Shown: one piece after another, positions 50,790 through 53,891 of the stretch
Layout: every line of letters starts with the position of its first letter
Position numbering within the stretch: the stretch's first letter is position 1
From: Nemertoderma westbladi
Taxonomy: Eukaryota; Animalia; Xenacoelomorpha
DNA: 53,891 nt
Reading direction: 5' to 3'
NCBI GenBank assembly: GCA_032718475.1
Contig: JAUCBJ010003312.1
Location: 1 to 53,891 of the forward strand
Notes under the pieces: model-generated
What the model was told of the DNA's origin: nothing
Seen by the model: only the letters and a program-made list of their open reading frames with translations
The model's database searches: none
Position numbers and translations under genes: made by a program

Positions 50790-51475
50790 TATAGCCAAAA
50801 ACAATTACCAATTGATGGAAAGGAGCAGGTTAAGGCCGGATTTTCTAACCAAAACAATAAACAGTCACTTTATCAAATGAAGGAAAGGAGCAGGTTACAG
50901 AGGCGGGCCTTTCTAACCAAAACAATAAACGATAATTTAACTATGTAATTGAGGGAAAGAAGCGGGTTACAGAGGCGGGATTTTCTAACCAAAACAATAA
51001 GCAGTCACTTTACCAAATCAGGGAAAGGAGCAGGTTACATAGACGGGATTTTGTAACCAAAACAATAAACGATAACATTACCAATTGAGAGAAAGGAGCA
51101 GGTTACAGAGGCGGGATTTTCTAACCAAAACAATAAACAGTCACTTTACCAAATCAGGGAAAGGAGCAGGTTACAGAGATGGGATTTTCTAACCAAAACA
51201 ATAAACGATAACATTACCAATTGAGAGAAAGGAGCAGGTTACAGAGGCGGGATTTCCTAACCAAAACAATAAACGATTATTTAACTAATTGAGGGAAAGG
51301 GACAGGTTACAGAGGCGGGATTTTCTAACTAAAACAATAAACAGTCACTTTACAAAATGAAGGAAAGGAGCAGGTTACAGAGGCGGGCCTTTCTAACCAA
51401 AACAATAAACGGTCACTTTACCAAATCAGGGAAAGGAGGAGGTTACAGAGGCGGGATTTTCTAACCAAAACAACC
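50790..51475. repeat. ~59-63-bp tandem array (GAAAGGAGCAGGTTACAGAGGCGGGATTTTCTAACCAAAACAATAAAC...) with alternating unit types
   Basis: About 11 visible units, largely alternating CAGTCACTTT and GATAA variants. Confidence 0.95.
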
Positions 51476-51943
51476 GGTCAGCCGGTAGGCCTACCATTAC
51501 CGTATTTAAATGGTAGCGGGCTACACAATAGGCCTACAGCAGTACCGGTGCCGGAACCGGTACTAAAATACCTAAAATACCTGCTTTATACCTACATCTG
51601 TACATACAATACAGCAATACTGTAAAATAGTGCTCTATATACTATTACCGGTACTCATAGCCTGAGAGAACAGCAGTAGAGAAACCGGTAGCATGGAACC
51701 TAATGGTAAATTTCTGGAGGACATAAAAAGTAAAAAAAAAAAGTAATACCGGTACTGATAGCCTGAGAGAACAGCAGTAGAGAAACCGGTAGGATAATAA
51801 TATAAAGATGTATGATTATTTATTGATTAAAAATTAAATAGTGTATACATATGTAATAATATTCTCTTAGCAGTATCGAATTTGCCTATATTAGTGATAG
51901 TGAATGGGGAAGGATTTTTATCTATATCATAGCAACGTTAAGG

Positions 51944-53891
51944 CAGGGCCGGATTAAGGTTATCAGGGCTGTGGGCTGAGTAATAAAAAGGGCCGTTTTC
52001 CAACGGGTAAAAAATAACATGAAAAACTAAATATTTTACATATAATTATTATTAATTATTTACTATAAAGAAACCGAGTGCTAATTACAGCAATGGAGTA
52101 AACTCAAAAATTAATGCAAAAAGCACCATTACCTACAACTGAAAGAAAGACACAGAATTGTTTAATATTACAGTAAATTATTAACTAATAAAATACTAAT
52201 TACAATACATAAAACATACAATAAAATTTTAATATACTGTATAATATCGTGACCATAAAGCCAGAACAACACATATATACCATAATTTTTCAAAACAATT
52301 TTTTTTACCAAAAATACTCAAGATGGCGTTCTACATCTTATGGTAAAATCCTAGACTTGTATGTCTAACTCCATCATTCCTAAGAAATTACCGTTTTGAG
52401 TTGAACCTATATGGCTCATAACTGCCACGCAATGGCAACCCACGTTCAGTGAGTTTTCTTATTACACTTACAGCTCGAGTAAGTACCTGTTGCCAATAAT
52501 TATTCTGTATTTCAAATTCCTTAAGCAGTGCTGCATCCACACGTCTTTTTGCGTCTCTTCTAATCACCAAACCGATCATTGCATCTCGGTGACATTCGGA
52601 ATTTTCATGCCTGCGAACAACCACAGCTGCATGTTTCCAATTGTTGAATCCTAGGTTAACAAATTGATTGGTCCGATCCGAAGACAATAATTTACAAGGA
52701 AAGCAATAAACCTTGCCTTGAGAAGGTGAGTAGCAAAGCCATTCGCGTGTTGTTGGTCGTTGTCCTTCCATTTTGCGTTCAAACAATGACAATGTGCAAG
52801 AGCGGGTAAACTTCTCATTGGCGTGAATATAGCTCGATGCAGAAAAGTCACCACCAGCAATATTTTGGCATTGTGTGCTCCCTTCACCAACCCAAAATTC
52901 TATCATGCCAGGAACAATAACTACCTCATTCCATGTCCCAACATCTGGAGTTATACACAGATTAGTAGTAGATGGCTCAACATCACCAGCATAGCCATGA
53001 AATTGATTTGCAATGGCCTGGCCGTCAGATACATTTGACAGTGGATCAACAATTTCTTCAGCTACAGATAAGTTTACATTAAAACAGTCACCTGTGCCAG
53101 AGATGCATTGCATTGGAGCATCACTGACTGCATCAGGTAATTCAACTGGGGAATGGTAGGCTCTACTGTTTCATCCGAAGTTTTGTCTATTTGGTCTGAT
53201 ATAGGTGTAAAATATGTTCGTAGCTTGGGCACAGATGATAACAAAACACTCTCTCTTTTCTCTTTAGCTTTTTTTGCTCGCATCTTTTCTGCACCACAAT
53301 ACCCTTCTTCGAAACGTTCTTTACAAATGTTCCCATTATCTGATTATTGTAGAGATAATTCTATAATTGTCTAATAATTTAAATCACCATAGTTTTATCA
53401 ATAACCAATATAAGTACAGCTAAGTAAAACTATCTCACAATCAATAACCAAAACAATAAACAAATAACGAAACTAGATTTCCCTTTCGTAATTTAAGGGA
53501 ATGGAGCAGGTTACAGTGATGGTGTTATCTACTGATTGCTGATCTAACAGACCATATCATATCATATCATATCAATTAGATTTAATAATTAGCGGAATGG
53601 AGCAGATTACAGTGGCGAGCTTGAGCTTTTCTAACCAAAACAATAAACGATAATTTATTTTAATAATAATAATTTTAACGATATTATTATATTTGTTAAT
53701 TTAAGTGTGTCAATAATAATAATTAACGCTGATAAGTCACGGTAGCGTTAATATAATGTAACAAAAACTAACACTATTATTTTATTTACCACTGTGTCAT
53801 AAGCTGAAGCTTAAATATATATAACTTTACAACAGGATAAGAAGTAAGTACTTCGTGTAGAGGTATAGCCAACCAATAAATATCACGTAAC
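51944..53891 (-). mobile_element. Internally deleted hAT transposon (ZMYM1/DUF4371-type), other terminus probably outside window
   Basis: Terminus CAGGGCCGGATTAA at 51944; contains a minus-strand transposase relic. Confidence 0.75.
52388..53330 (-). pseudogene. hAT transposase N-terminal relic (TTF-type zinc finger)
   Basis: GAEKMRAKK N-terminus, REWLCYSPSQGKVYCFPCKL...GFNNWK...RHENSECH, LPLRGS; frameshift near 53100; catalytic DDE region absent. Confidence 0.88.

Overview
Eukaryotic (metazoan, probably invertebrate) genomic DNA, dense in repeats, with one host gene. Bases 1-12.7 kb hold a decayed BEL/Pao LTR retrotransposon whose 3' part and flank were tandemly duplicated (~4.9 kb). Two satellites follow: a 22-bp palindromic array and a 6.3-kb array of 15/18-bp units. 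A 10-exon ABCB6/HMT-1-like half ABC transporter lies on the + strand at 21187-46753. I spliced it by hand to an intact 617-aa ORF that appears to lack the N-terminal TMD0. Its introns carry an RTE LINE, a LINE ORF1 relic, a degenerate Copia with a nested hAT MITE, a 5'-truncated CRE element, and an internally deleted LTR element (36296-42328, 5-bp TSD). Downstream lie a Kolobok-like MITE, a ~60-bp tandem array and a deleted hAT transposase. Three observations stand out. (1) The intronic LTR element has no tRNA primer site; instead an 11-nt site right after its LTR is perfectly complementary to a segment inside the LTR, suggesting Tf1/sushi-like self-priming. (2) A ~250-bp multi-hairpin element with compensatory base changes occurs in two unrelated contexts. 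(3) The ABCB6 homologue appears to lack TMD0 and has an altered last transmembrane helix. All alignments were done by eye and no database searches were run.
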